Part shown: positions 53,326 through 61,581 of the stretch, in pieces
Numbering within the stretch: the first letter of the stretch is position 1
How the letters are laid out: each line of letters begins with the position of its first letter
Source: Desulfurivibrionaceae bacterium
GTDB taxonomy: Bacteria; Desulfobacterota; Desulfobulbia; Desulfobulbales; JAGXFP01
Reading direction: 5' to 3'
Assembly: GCA_046484585.1 (NCBI GenBank)
Contig: JAWOIQ010000210.1
Coordinates: forward strand, 12,238-76,237
DNA: 64,000 nt
Made by a program: the position numbers and the translations under genes
The notes under the pieces: generated by a model
The model's database searches: none
The model's input: the letters and a program-made list of their open reading frames with translations, nothing else
Told to the model about the DNA's origin: nothing

Positions 53326-53375
53326 GACGAACTCGGCGATCAGGTCCGGGCCGGGCATCGATATCAACGGCAATG
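53326..53375 (+). pseudogene. Isolated scrap of rhs core sequence
   Basis: GACGAACTCGGCGATCAGGTCCGGGCCGGG(C)ATCGATATCAACGGCAATG is near-identical to 48617-48665 of the main rhs gene, with one extra C. The flanking sequence is unrelated. Confidence 0.75.
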
Positions 53376-53462
53376 TTGATGGCGGGGGCTTGACATTTTG
53401 ATATTCTCACGGCCATGAAGTCAAATTGTCAAGCCTGGCCCCACTTTCACAACCTTCGGCAG

Positions 53463-54900
53463 CGGCCAAGTCGTCACCTATGGTTACGAGTCGAAAAGGA
53501 ATCTTAAGACCAGGGTAAGCAACCAGTTCGGCGCCGAGTTAATCTCGCAGTACGATTACAGCTACGATGGTGTTGGCAGGAGGAGCAATGTCATGAATTC
53601 CGGCGCCGCTTTTGCCGACCCAGGCTTTAATCTTTACGGCTATAACGAACGTAACGAGCTGACCGATTCCGAGCGTTACCTGGGGATGAGCTTCGACGAC
53701 AACAGCCAACCGGTCTCTTCCGAAGATCGTGCCTACGGTTACGATAATATCGGCAACCGGACCGAGGCCGCCGGTTGGGATAGTGAGCAGAGTATTGCTA
53801 TGCAGCTCACCTATACCGCCAACCAGGTCAACCAGTACGATTTGATCTCTGCGAATATCGGGGCTGATGAGACACCGGTTTATGACGATGACGGCAATAT
53901 GACCGGCTATGAAGGTATGAACTACACCTATAACGCAGAGAACCGGCTGGTCAGCGTCGAGCCGCAGTCACCTGTGGTTGGAGATATCAGAGTCGACTTT
54001 ACTTACGACTTCATGGGCCGCAGGGTGGCGAAAAATATCGCGAGGTACGACGCAACCCTGAAGGCTCAACTGGAAACCCGGAACCTGTTCCTTTATGACG
54101 GCTGGAACCTGATTCAAGAGATAACTCAGAACTCAGAACTCGGAGCTCAGAACTCGTCGTTCTACGTCTGGGGTCTTGATCTCAGCCAGTCCATGCAGGG
54201 CGCCGGAGGTGTCGGCGGCTTGCTGGCAAGAGTTTCCGGCGGTGCAAGCCATACCTATACTTATGATGCCAACGGCAATGTCGGTCAGTTGATTGACGGC
54301 GGGGCCAATATCGCCGCCCATTACGAGTATGATCCTTATGGAAATACGATTAAAGCTGTTGGTTCATTGGCTGAGGGAAATCCGTATCGGTTCAGCACCA
54401 AATATTTCGATGTCGAGACCGAGTTGTATTACTATGGTATCCGTTATTACTCGCCGGAGTTGGGACGGTGGCTGACTATGGATCCGATTGGTGAACGAGG
54501 CGGGCTCAACCTCTATGGGTTTATTGGGAATAATGTTTCCAACAGTGTCGACTTATTTGGATTAGTTTTATATGCTTTTGACGGTACAGGGAATAACGAC
54601 CGCAATGTTGCTAAAGGGTATTACACCCATGTTCATACTCTTTGGAAAGATTATGAGGGTAGAGAAAAATTCTATACAAAAGGAGTTGGTAGTGATTGGT
54701 ATTCTTTTATTCATGGCGGACTTCATGGCCTAGGAGGGCAGTCTAGACTTGAGAAGGCATATAAAAAGTTTTTGCAAGACTACAAAGAGCAGGTAGCCAA
54801 TGGAGCACCAATTGATGATATTGACATAATAGGGTTTAGTCGTGGTGCAGCACTTGCGAGGGCATTCGTGAATCTTCTGAGTTCGGGGGACATCATATAG
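53463..54900 (+). pseudogene. Orphan rhs C-terminal core fragment plus truncated tip CT3 (N-terminal half of a DUF2235 domain); frameshifted at its 5' end
   Basis: GQVVTYGYESKRNLKTRVS (frame 3) parallels the main rhs GQITTYGYEPNRNLKTGVT. A 1-nt shift near 53517-53523 (AGCAAACC) is followed by NQFGAELISQYDYSYDGVGRR... in the frame of ORF 53593-54900. The core end reads YYGIRYYSPELGRWLTMDPIGERGGLNLYGF...DLFGL. LYAFDGTGNND...IIGFSRGAALARAF comes next, and a stop follows shortly after the GxSxG motif. Confidence 0.8.
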
Positions 54901-55219
54901 AACTTGACAGCTTTTTCGGTCGGTTGTCGTGTGCGGAGATGCCTGCCTACTTGTGTTCCAATCCAGTGATAAATCTCTTCAAGACAGGCAAGGTGATTTT
55001 TCTTCGCAGCGCGAATTCCGGAAACACCATATTTGATTGCAAAGTAGGTGATAGGAAAAATTAGGGACACTCCCTATATTCCCAAGAAATATGGGGAGTT
55101 GTCTCTTGTTTAAAGAGAAAATGAATAACTCAAGCACATCCGTTGTTACGTCGATTCGGCGAACAGACATCCATTGTTTGGAATTTGCCCGTCTGGATCG
55201 ATCTTGATAAGATAAATGA

Positions 55220-55961
55220 ATGTCCGGGATAAAAAAAATAACAGAAGCAGCCGATGCAATCCGGAAGGCGAAAAAAACTATCGCTCTGACGGGGCGGGAG
55301 TCAGTACTGAAAGCGGCATCCCGGATTTCCGCGGCCGGAATGGACTGTGGTCTCGCTACGAAACGATGGAATACGGGACCATCGGCGCTTTCCGCCGGGA
55401 TCCCGCCAAGGTCTGGAAGATGCTGGCTGAACTGGCCGATATCGTCGAGGCCGAGCCTAATCCCGGCCATAAGGCCTTGGCCGACCTTGAAAAGAAAGGC
55501 TATCTCAAAGGGATCATAACCCAGAACATCGACGGCCTGCACCGGAAGGCGGGCAGCCTCACGGTGGTCGAATTTCATGGCAATCTGGACAGCTTCTCCT
55601 GTCTGGAATGCGGTAATATCCTCGAATCGGAACGGGTCCGCAAGATGGCCTTGCCGCCGCTCTGCCCGAACTGCGGTCATATTATAAAGCCGGATATAGT
55701 CTTCTTCGACGAACGGATCGATGAGGAGATGCTGTTCAAGGCGGATGAGCTGACGAACGGAGCCGACTGCCTGATCGTCGCCGGCACCTCCTGTCAGGTA
55801 ATGCCTGCCGGCCTGATCCCTTCCAGGGTATCGCACATGGCGGTACGGTTATCGAAATCAATAAAGAACCGGCTCTCGGAGCCCTGGCCGACCTGGTCCT
55901 GGCCGGTTCATTTTCCGCGATCATGACCGAGCTGGTTGACGAACTTAGCGGTGATGGTTGA
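55220..55961 (+). pseudogene. cobB: Sir2-family NAD-dependent protein deacylase (CobB-like) disrupted by two 1-nt frame shifts
   Basis: Frame A (from 55220): MSGIKKITEAADAIRKAKKTIALTG. Frame B: GAGVSTESGIPDFRGRNGLW...QNIDGLH...EFHG...CLECG...CPNCG...VAGTSCQV. Frame C: AHGGTVIEINKEPALGALADLVLAGSFSAIMTELVDEL* ending at 55961. The first shift is in the G-run at 55291-55294 (ACGGGGCGGGA where ACGGGGGCGGGA would read TGAG). The second lies within about 55800-55835. Confidence 0.8.
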
Positions 55962-56144
55962 AACCTCCGGTCGCCGTTATTTCGCCGGGTTGTTGATCAT
56001 AACCGGACAACCGTCTTGAAGGCGGGATCGCAGCCCCCCGGACCTGACTGATCAACAATAATGATTATATTGATCAAGAGGCCCTGGGGCCTATGACGGG
56101 AAAAGAAAATCTTTTAACTCGTATTTTTTCGGGATGAGAAGGAT

Positions 56145-56366
56145 ATGTCTTTCAGGAAACTGCCCGGAGATCGTGGAAAGCTCTACGTCCCCGACCATGG
56201 GAAGATCAAACGGAAGCACCCTTGCCGGGACTGTTTTTCCTGTCAGTGGTGCGGCGACGAACGTTGCGGAATCTGCCGGTCGAAATGCGGCAGGAAAACC
56301 GAAGCCGCTCAAGAAGGTAGGGAGCCAAGCGGTCCCGGCGGCTCCAACGGTGCAAAACGGCGGTAA
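56145..56366 (+). CDS. Small basic Cys-rich protein of unknown function (73 aa)
   Basis: ATG follows GAGAAGGA. It contains KHPCRDCFSCQWCGDERCGICRSKCG (8 Cys in 25 aa) and has a basic/Gly-rich tail. I recognise no family. Confidence 0.45.
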   Translation: MSFRKLPGDRGKLYVPDHGKIKRKHPCRDCFSCQWCGDERCGICRSKCGRKTEAAQEGREPSGPGGSNGAKRR

Positions 56367-56632
56367 AACGATTCGTTTCAGTCATCGGCCGCAGCCGCTT
56401 CGCTGCGGCGGGCTGCGGGGTCTGACCAAGATAACACCTTGAAATAACTATATTTCATTCTTCACAATCGGCCCTTTTTCAACCTGAAACGTTTAGGCCT
56501 CAAAATCCTCGACTATATCGTCACTTCCTCCCATGTACACTTGACAGCCGTTCATGAAGCAAAACTTCTCGACTTATTAGAAAATCGGTGCGCCGGTTGC
56601 GGTGGGAAAAGCGGGCCAGGCGGGGCGCATGT

Positions 56633-57241
56633 CTAGATCTTCTCCCTGCTCCTCGCTTCCCATAACTCGGGATAATTGGTCTCCAGGCAGTCTGGGCAGA
56701 TGCTGTGGGTAATATCCGCCGGCAGATGCTTGGGGATATAGACATCGACCTGTTCCCAATAGCCCTCGTCGTCGCGGATTTTTTTACAGAATGAGCAGAG
56801 GGGCAGGATACTCCGCAGGGCCTTGATTTCTTCCAGTGCTTTGCTGAGAATCCGGATCGCCTCTTCCCGTTCGTCTTCCACTTTTTTGATTTCGGAAAGA
56901 TCGTCGAAGGTCAAAAGCAGATAGTCGGAACCGTTTATTTTCAAGGGGAGCAGGCTGGCCTTGGCCGAGAGCGCCTTGCCGAAAGACGAGATTGCCGAAA
57001 CCCTTTGCGTGGCAGGCTTTCCCGAACTGACGGCTTTTTCGGCCGTGTAGAGGAGGCCGCAAGTCTTCCAGAAGTTTATCCGGTGATAGTTCTGGGCGAG
57101 AACCTGATCCCTGCCGCCCCCGATCATTTCGCAGATTGAACGGTTGGCGGCAATGCATTGTCCGGTGTAGTCGTAGACCGCCATCCCCACCGGAGAGTAA
57201 TCGAATGTTTGCAAGTAAAAGGAGCCATTGAGTTTTTCCAT
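56633..57241 (-). CDS. PAS-domain sensor protein with C-terminal Cys4 module
   Basis: The PAS-like N-terminus reads SPVGMAVYDYTGQCIAANRSICEMIGGGRDQVL. A coiled linker follows. The C-terminus LPLCSFCKKIRDDEGYWEQVDVYIPKHLPADITHSICPDCLETNYPELW is the CxxCKKIRDDxGxW...HxICPxC tail seen on many PAS proteins. Confidence 0.75.
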   Translation of the reverse strand: MEKLNGSFYLQTFDYSPVGMAVYDYTGQCIAANRSICEMIGGGRDQVLAQNYHRINFWKTCGLLYTAEKAVSSGKPATQRVSAISSFGKALSAKASLLPLKINGSDYLLLTFDDLSEIKKVEDEREEAIRILSKALEEIKALRSILPLCSFCKKIRDDEGYWEQVDVYIPKHLPADITHSICPDCLETNYPELWEARSREKI

Positions 57242-57562
57242 TGCATAGCCTCGGCTTAGTGGAAATTCTAATCAAGCTGGTTTTTGGGTCTGTTGCGAAC
57301 CGATCAACCCTGATGAACTTGCAAAAAGTCGTGATTGCCATAATGTCTTTGTGACCAACGGGAGAAATTTTAATAGTATCACTGGGTTAGGCAATAAGAT
57401 TTCTCACTTCATTCGAAATGACAGCTTTTTGACTTTTTGCGAACTTATCGCCTCTCAGGGCTTCTTTAACGGATGCCGGGCCCGCTATGATGAAGAACCT
57501 GATCAGGCCGACAAAGGGGGGCTTAAGGGAGATCAGGTTTGCCGGGGCATCATTCTGAGGCC

Positions 57563-57608
57563 AAAAAAGAGACCCCGGAGCAGCATCTGTGCAAACTCCG
57601 GGGTCTCC
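57563..57608 (-). terminator. Rho-independent terminator of the riboswitch-controlled gene
   Basis: On the minus strand it reads GAGACCCCGGAG (57607-57596), a 15-nt loop, CTCCGGGGTCTC (57580-57569), then TTTTTT (57568-57563). The stem is a perfect 12 bp. It lies about 64 nt after the stop at 57672. Confidence 0.8.
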
Positions 57609-57671
57609 CCATCAGGAACTTCGTGTTGGTCAAGGGGGGGAGGGCCGCAGAATTAGACCTCCGGATTCGGG

Positions 57672-58538
57672 CTACTGAACCGGGTAGAAGCGGACTTGAA
57701 GCAGCTTCAGGCCATTGTTCTGTATATCCCATAGGTAGGTGACGAAGTCCCCAATGTTAAACACCCATTCATCGGTATATGACCGGCAGAAGGCGCTTGT
57801 GGCCACCGTGCCTTCCGGACAGAGAAGAAGTTCCGGGTTCGCCTCGCAGTTTTCGTACACTCCGTTCTGATCGGCATCGGTGCAGCAGAGTTCGGTAATG
57901 GTGCATTCGGCATCAAGACAATAATCGTCGTCGAAGTAACAGACATCGCCGGTCCACTCGAAAAGTCCGGTGATCGGGACCGCCTTCGACTTGCCCTTGG
58001 TCCTGGTGAATGTTTCGGTGGGAGTGGTGAAGCCGTCGCTGGTAACCAGGCCCAGGTAGAGCAGGTCGTTGCCGTACTCGTCCTCAACCGAAACCAGTTC
58101 CGGGGAAACCGTCATCCACGGGTTGTCGGTGGGCTTGGCCAAGGCCCTGGCATAGACCCGATAGCCCTTCGGGTTGGCGGGGATCTGGATTACCGCCGGG
58201 TCGTTGTCGAAAGGCGCCGAGCAAGGATCGGTGACCTGGAGCTCGGTGATGGTTTCAGTGTTTTTGCCCTTGCCGGAGCCGGACTCCATCATGATTTCAA
58301 TCCCCACCCCGTCCTCCGGGACGAAGATGGAATTGCCGTAAAGCGGCGCGCCGAATTCATCCACCTCTATATCGGGACAAGTAAAGCCGGCCTTTTTGCC
58401 GTGGATGTTCAGGTTGTAATGCGGACCGCTTGGAAAGCCGTTCGGATTTACTTCCTCACCCGGTTTGGTGGCCATGGCCGTACCGGACAACAGGATAACT
58501 CCCCCAATCAAGCAACACAGTTTCGTTAAGCACTTCAT
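57672..58538 (-). CDS. Secreted Cys-rich protein of unknown function (288 aa)
   Basis: GGGAGG Shine-Dalgarno sequence upstream. The signal peptide is MKCLTKLCCLIGGVILLSGTAMA/T. Its C-terminal third is Cys-rich (CYFDDDYCLDAECTITELCCTDADQNGVYENCEANPELLLCPEG). I recognise no family. Confidence 0.75.
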   Translation of the reverse strand: MKCLTKLCCLIGGVILLSGTAMATKPGEEVNPNGFPSGPHYNLNIHGKKAGFTCPDIEVDEFGAPLYGNSIFVPEDGVGIEIMMESGSGKGKNTETITELQVTDPCSAPFDNDPAVIQIPANPKGYRVYARALAKPTDNPWMTVSPELVSVEDEYGNDLLYLGLVTSDGFTTPTETFTRTKGKSKAVPITGLFEWTGDVCYFDDDYCLDAECTITELCCTDADQNGVYENCEANPELLLCPEGTVATSAFCRSYTDEWVFNIGDFVTYLWDIQNNGLKLLQVRFYPVQ

Positions 58539-58646
58539 CAGCTCTTACCTCCCATTCTTTTTAGACAGGAACGGAACGACATTGCTCCGCTCTCTTTCCC
58601 CGAGGGGTGAGCCGCACGGAACAACATCCGGTAAGGCTTGTTGATC

Positions 58647-58738
58647 CGTCCGGTAGCCCCGCTACCTTTATTTCATCGGAAATAAAAGGCCGGAGGCTTT
58701 GCGTCCCACCCTTACGGGCGGTTTGCCTTTGTCAGACG
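58647..58738 (-). promoter_or_regulatory. GEMM-I (c-di-GMP class I) riboswitch aptamer in the 5' leader of 57672-58538
   Basis: The minus-strand RNA reads CGUCUGACAAAGGCAAACCGCCCGUAAGGGUGGGACGCAAAGCCUCCGGCCUUUUAUUUCCGAUGAAAUAAAGGUAGCGGGGCUACCGGACG. It carries the conserved GEMM-I blocks GGCAAACC, a GNRA-capped hairpin (GCCC-GUAA-GGGU), GGGACGCAAAGCCUCCGGCC and GGUAGCGGGG.UACC. P1 pairs CGUCUG with CGGACG. This is the same block order as the V. cholerae Vc2 aptamer as I remember it. Confidence 0.85.
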
Positions 58739-58752
58739 TCTATAACTGAGAT

Positions 58753-58768
58753 AGCCAGAAGTGTGCCA
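58753..58768 (-). promoter_or_regulatory. Sigma54-type (-24/-12) promoter-like element upstream of the riboswitch
   Basis: Minus-strand TGGCACACTTCTGGCT versus consensus TGGCAC-N5-TTGC(A/T). The GG to GC spacing is exact, with one mismatch (TTGC to TGGC). The predicted start, about 12 nt downstream, falls 3-5 nt before riboswitch P1. Confidence 0.35.
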
Positions 58769-59067
58769 GCGGAAGGAAATACTTTATAACATCCCGAATT
58801 AATATAATAATTTCGAATAAACAGCCCAACTCAGCAAGCCGGTGAATTGTATGCTTTTTGCGGACCGGGCCGGGAATGGTTTCATGATTAGCTTAAGTAT
58901 GTCTATTGAGAACGGAGGGTTAACCCTGCCCCGTGGTTTGCAGGATTATCCATACAGTGCAGTTTGAAATTTGAACTTACGGGATATGGGGGAGGCAAGT
59001 CGGGGCGCCAGGTCGGCGCTGGGGCGGGGAATACCTTCTTCCGGAGGATAGCGGCGGGAGCGGCAGG

Positions 59068-60600
59068 TTAAAATAGTTTCGGGGCCGAACGCTGAAGCTG
59101 AATGGCTTCGGCCACGTGGCCGAGCCTGATCCCGGGCTGGTTGTCAAGGTCGGCTATGGTGCGGCTGATCTTCAGGACCCGGTGGCAGGAGCGGGCCGAC
59201 ATGGCCAGTTTGGTGGCGGCGCGCTCCAGAAGGGTGTTGGTTTCGCTGTCCAGGCGGCAGTGTTTTTCGAGATCGGCCGGAGTCATCCGGCTGTTGACGC
59301 AGTCGGTCTTTCGGCCGGAAAATCTTTTTTCCTGAATTTGCCTGGCCCGGTCCACCCTGGATCTGATCGAGGCGGAGTCTTCAGGTTTTCTGGTGCTGCT
59401 GATCTCCTTGTAGGGCACGGCGGGCACTTCCACGTGGATATCGATCCGGTCCAGCAGAGGGGCGGAGAGCCGGCTGTTGTAGCGCTGGACCTGCATGGAA
59501 TTGCAGATGCATTCGTGACCGGGGTCGCCGAGATAGCCGCAGGGGCAGGGATTCATGGCGGCGACCATCAGGAAGCTGGCGGGGAAATTCAGGGAGACGG
59601 CGGCCCGGGCGATGGTAACGTTGGAGTCTTCCATGGGCTGCCGCATTACCTCCAGAACATTCTTGCGAAACTCCGGAAACTCGTCGAGGAAAAGGACGCC
59701 GTTGTGGGCCAGGGTGACCTCCCCCGGCTTGGGGATCTGGCCGCCGCCGACCAGGCCGGCATCGGAGATGGTGTGGTGGGGCGACCGGAAGGGCCGCGAG
59801 TCGAGCAGGCTTTTGCCCGGCGGCAACAGTCCCATGACGCTGTAAATTCTGGTGGTCTCCAGGGCCTCCTCGAAGGTAAGATTCGGCAGGATGGACGGGA
59901 TGCGCCGGGCCAGCATGGTTTTCCCCGAACCGGGTGGACCTTTGAGCAGGATATTATGGTTTCCGGCCGCCGCGATTTCCAAAGCGCGCTTGGCCTGTTC
60001 CTGGCCCTTGACCTCGGCGAAATCCGTTTCGTAATCGAGCCGCGGTCGTTCCTGGTTCCGGGCAAGCGGCACGGCTGGAGCGATCTGGCGTTTGTCGGCC
60101 AGATACTCGACCGTTTCGTAGAGACTCTTGACGCCGATCACCTTGATCCCGGTCACCACGGCGGCTTCCCTGACATTCCGGGCCGGGACGATAACCCCTT
60201 CCAGGCCTCCGTCCCGGGCCGCCATCACCATGGGCAGCACTCCGGGGACTTCGCGTACCGAGCCGTCCAGGGAAAGTTCGCCGATCACCGCGTATTTAGT
60301 AAGTATATCGCTGGCCAGGATGTCCGAGGCGGTGAGGATGCCGAGCGCCATGGGCAGGTCATAGCCGGAGCCGACTTTCTTGAGGTCGGCGGGGGCCAGG
60401 TTGACGGTGATCCGCCGGTTCGGAAAACTGTAGCCGGTGTTGCGGATCGCCGATTTGACCCGGTCCTTGGCTTCGCGGACCGCGCCTTCGGCCAGGCCGA
60501 CGGTGGAAAAGGTCGGCAGGCCGGGAGCGATATCGGTCTCCACCTCGACCAGCAGGCCGTTAACTCCCGATATTGTACCGGTAATAATTGTAGAAAGCAT
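59068..60600 (-). CDS. comM: YifB/ComM-family Mg-chelatase-like AAA+ ATPase
   Basis: The N-terminus MLSTIITGTISGVNGLLVEVETDIAPGLPTFSTVGLAEGAVREAKDRV is typical of YifB. Walker A is GPPGSGKTMLARR and Walker B is GVLFLDEFPEF. The C-terminal helical domain is also present. Confidence 0.9.
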   Translation of the reverse strand: MLSTIITGTISGVNGLLVEVETDIAPGLPTFSTVGLAEGAVREAKDRVKSAIRNTGYSFPNRRITVNLAPADLKKVGSGYDLPMALGILTASDILASDILTKYAVIGELSLDGSVREVPGVLPMVMAARDGGLEGVIVPARNVREAAVVTGIKVIGVKSLYETVEYLADKRQIAPAVPLARNQERPRLDYETDFAEVKGQEQAKRALEIAAAGNHNILLKGPPGSGKTMLARRIPSILPNLTFEEALETTRIYSVMGLLPPGKSLLDSRPFRSPHHTISDAGLVGGGQIPKPGEVTLAHNGVLFLDEFPEFRKNVLEVMRQPMEDSNVTIARAAVSLNFPASFLMVAAMNPCPCGYLGDPGHECICNSMQVQRYNSRLSAPLLDRIDIHVEVPAVPYKEISSTRKPEDSASIRSRVDRARQIQEKRFSGRKTDCVNSRMTPADLEKHCRLDSETNTLLERAATKLAMSARSCHRVLKISRTIADLDNQPGIRLGHVAEAIQLQRSAPKLF

Positions 60601-61082
60601 TTTTCCTGCGCGGCTGAGAGGATAAGAAAGTCTGAGGTTTTACCTGTTTCGGGCAGCCGGGGAAGCGTGGATTCTGGAACGCCACCAAGCTGTCAGGTCA
60701 TCTCTTCTGTTTTTTTTAACCCTTTCCGGGAAAAAAATACAGCAATAAATAAATCGTCCGCACCGCAGGCCGATGCCTTGCATCTCCGGCACCTTGTAAT
60801 CGCTTACCGGCTGAGAGATTGGCCAATCCTGGGCGGCTAATCCCGTGATCGGTTACGTGGGGGTTGGGAAAGCCCATGGAGGAGGATGGAAATGTCGGCA
60901 GGAATTACGGAGCCGGTATGCGAAAAAGCAGGAGAGCTGGTCGAAAATCAATGGCGCGGCCCGCTTCGGTTTTTGGCGCTTCTCGTCTCGGAGAGGGGGT
61001 GAGATGAATGGCATGTCGGCGGGGAAAGTTGTTTCCGGCAAGTTCGATCCGCTATCCGCGGCGGAGGGCGAGATCGGGCGGC

Positions 61083-61469
61083 TCAGTCGAAATCGTTTTC
61101 CATTTCCAGTTCGGTGGCATCGGTGTTGGCCCAGATGTAATATTCAAGCTGGGCTAATTGTTTGGGGCTGAGTTTGCCGAATTTCACGCCGCAACGCCTG
61201 GTCATCGAAAGGCCTCGGTTGATGGCGCAGTCGGAAATGATTCTCAGGGGAACGTCTTCGATACAGAGATCTTTTTCCCCTAAAAGCATACCGACATCGA
61301 ATGTTTCATTGGTCCACTCCTCGCTGTCGCTGTAACTGAAAGCAAATCCGCCCATGCTGATATCGATGATTTCACCCTCGACGGTTTCTGATTTAAAGGT
61401 TCCGGATTTGGCCTCGAACCTTTTATGTTGCCGCCGCTCCACTTTTTCGCCCTTTTTATCGTTTGTCAT
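61083..61469 (-). CDS. PilZ-domain c-di-GMP-binding protein (about 128 aa)
   Basis: It has RRQHKR (RxxxR) and DISMGGFAF (DxSxxG). I chose the start at ATG 61469, preceded by AGGGA, because the track ORF start (61658) overlaps gspB. Alternative ATGs are at 61496 and 61514. Confidence 0.75.
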   Translation of the reverse strand: MTNDKKGEKVERRQHKRFEAKSGTFKSETVEGEIIDISMGGFAFSYSDSEEWTNETFDVGMLLGEKDLCIEDVPLRIISDCAINRGLSMTRRCGVKFGKLSPKQLAQLEYYIWANTDATELEMENDFD

Positions 61470-61581
61470 TTGGCTGTCCCTGTTATTCGTTGTCATGCCG
61501 CTGGTCTGCCCCATCACGATAACAGTCCGCGGCCGGATGATCAACATCCGGGTTAAAGAGGTACAAAGATTGCTGCCTGCT

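Noticed and set aside
43583-54900. T6SS effector locus
   Set aside because: No VgrG, PAAR, Hcp, Tss or adaptor genes are in the window, and the Rhs carries a Sec-type signal peptide. A T6SS link is therefore unsupported here, although the toxin family is Tle1-like.
54901-55215. Possible mobile-element or recombinase remnant after the truncated orphan tip (minus-strand ORF 54780-55070, ...FAIKYGVSGIRAAKKNHLACLEEIYHWI...; small inverted repeat ACTCCC...GGGAGT near 55069-55107)
   Set aside because: I cannot match the peptide to any transposase or integrase motif with confidence. The ORF overlaps the orphan rhs 3' end, and no terminal inverted repeats or target duplications are evident.
54979-55836. 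285-aa ORF on the - strand
   Set aside because: It is antisense to the Sir2/cobB sequence, whose motifs are unambiguous on the + strand, so this is a shadow ORF.
56049-56076. Palindrome TGATCAA-N14-TTGATCA upstream of the small Cys-rich ORF as a regulator-binding site
   Set aside because: It is a single 7-bp inverted repeat with no second copy in the window and no known consensus I can assign. It is mentioned only as context.
58647-58738. Calling the riboswitch a 3',3'-cGAMP (GEMM-Ib) sensor
   Set aside because: In my by-eye alignment to the Vc2 aptamer, the discriminating junction purine appears to be G, not A. The evidence is too weak either way, so I left it as GEMM-I with c-di-GMP favoured.
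59116-60840. 574-aa ORF on the + strand
   Set aside because: It lies entirely antisense to the well-supported comM/yifB gene. Its translation is low-complexity and Gly/Arg/Ala-rich, typical of a shadow ORF in GC-rich coding DNA, and it has no recognisable motif.
60886-61002. 38-codon ORF (MEMSAGITEPVCEKAGELVENQWRGPLRFLALLVSERG) preceded by GGAGGAGG in the comM-PilZ intergenic region
   Set aside because: It is too short, has no recognisable homology and nothing in the window supports it. The track ORF 60845-61171 in another frame is equally unsupported.
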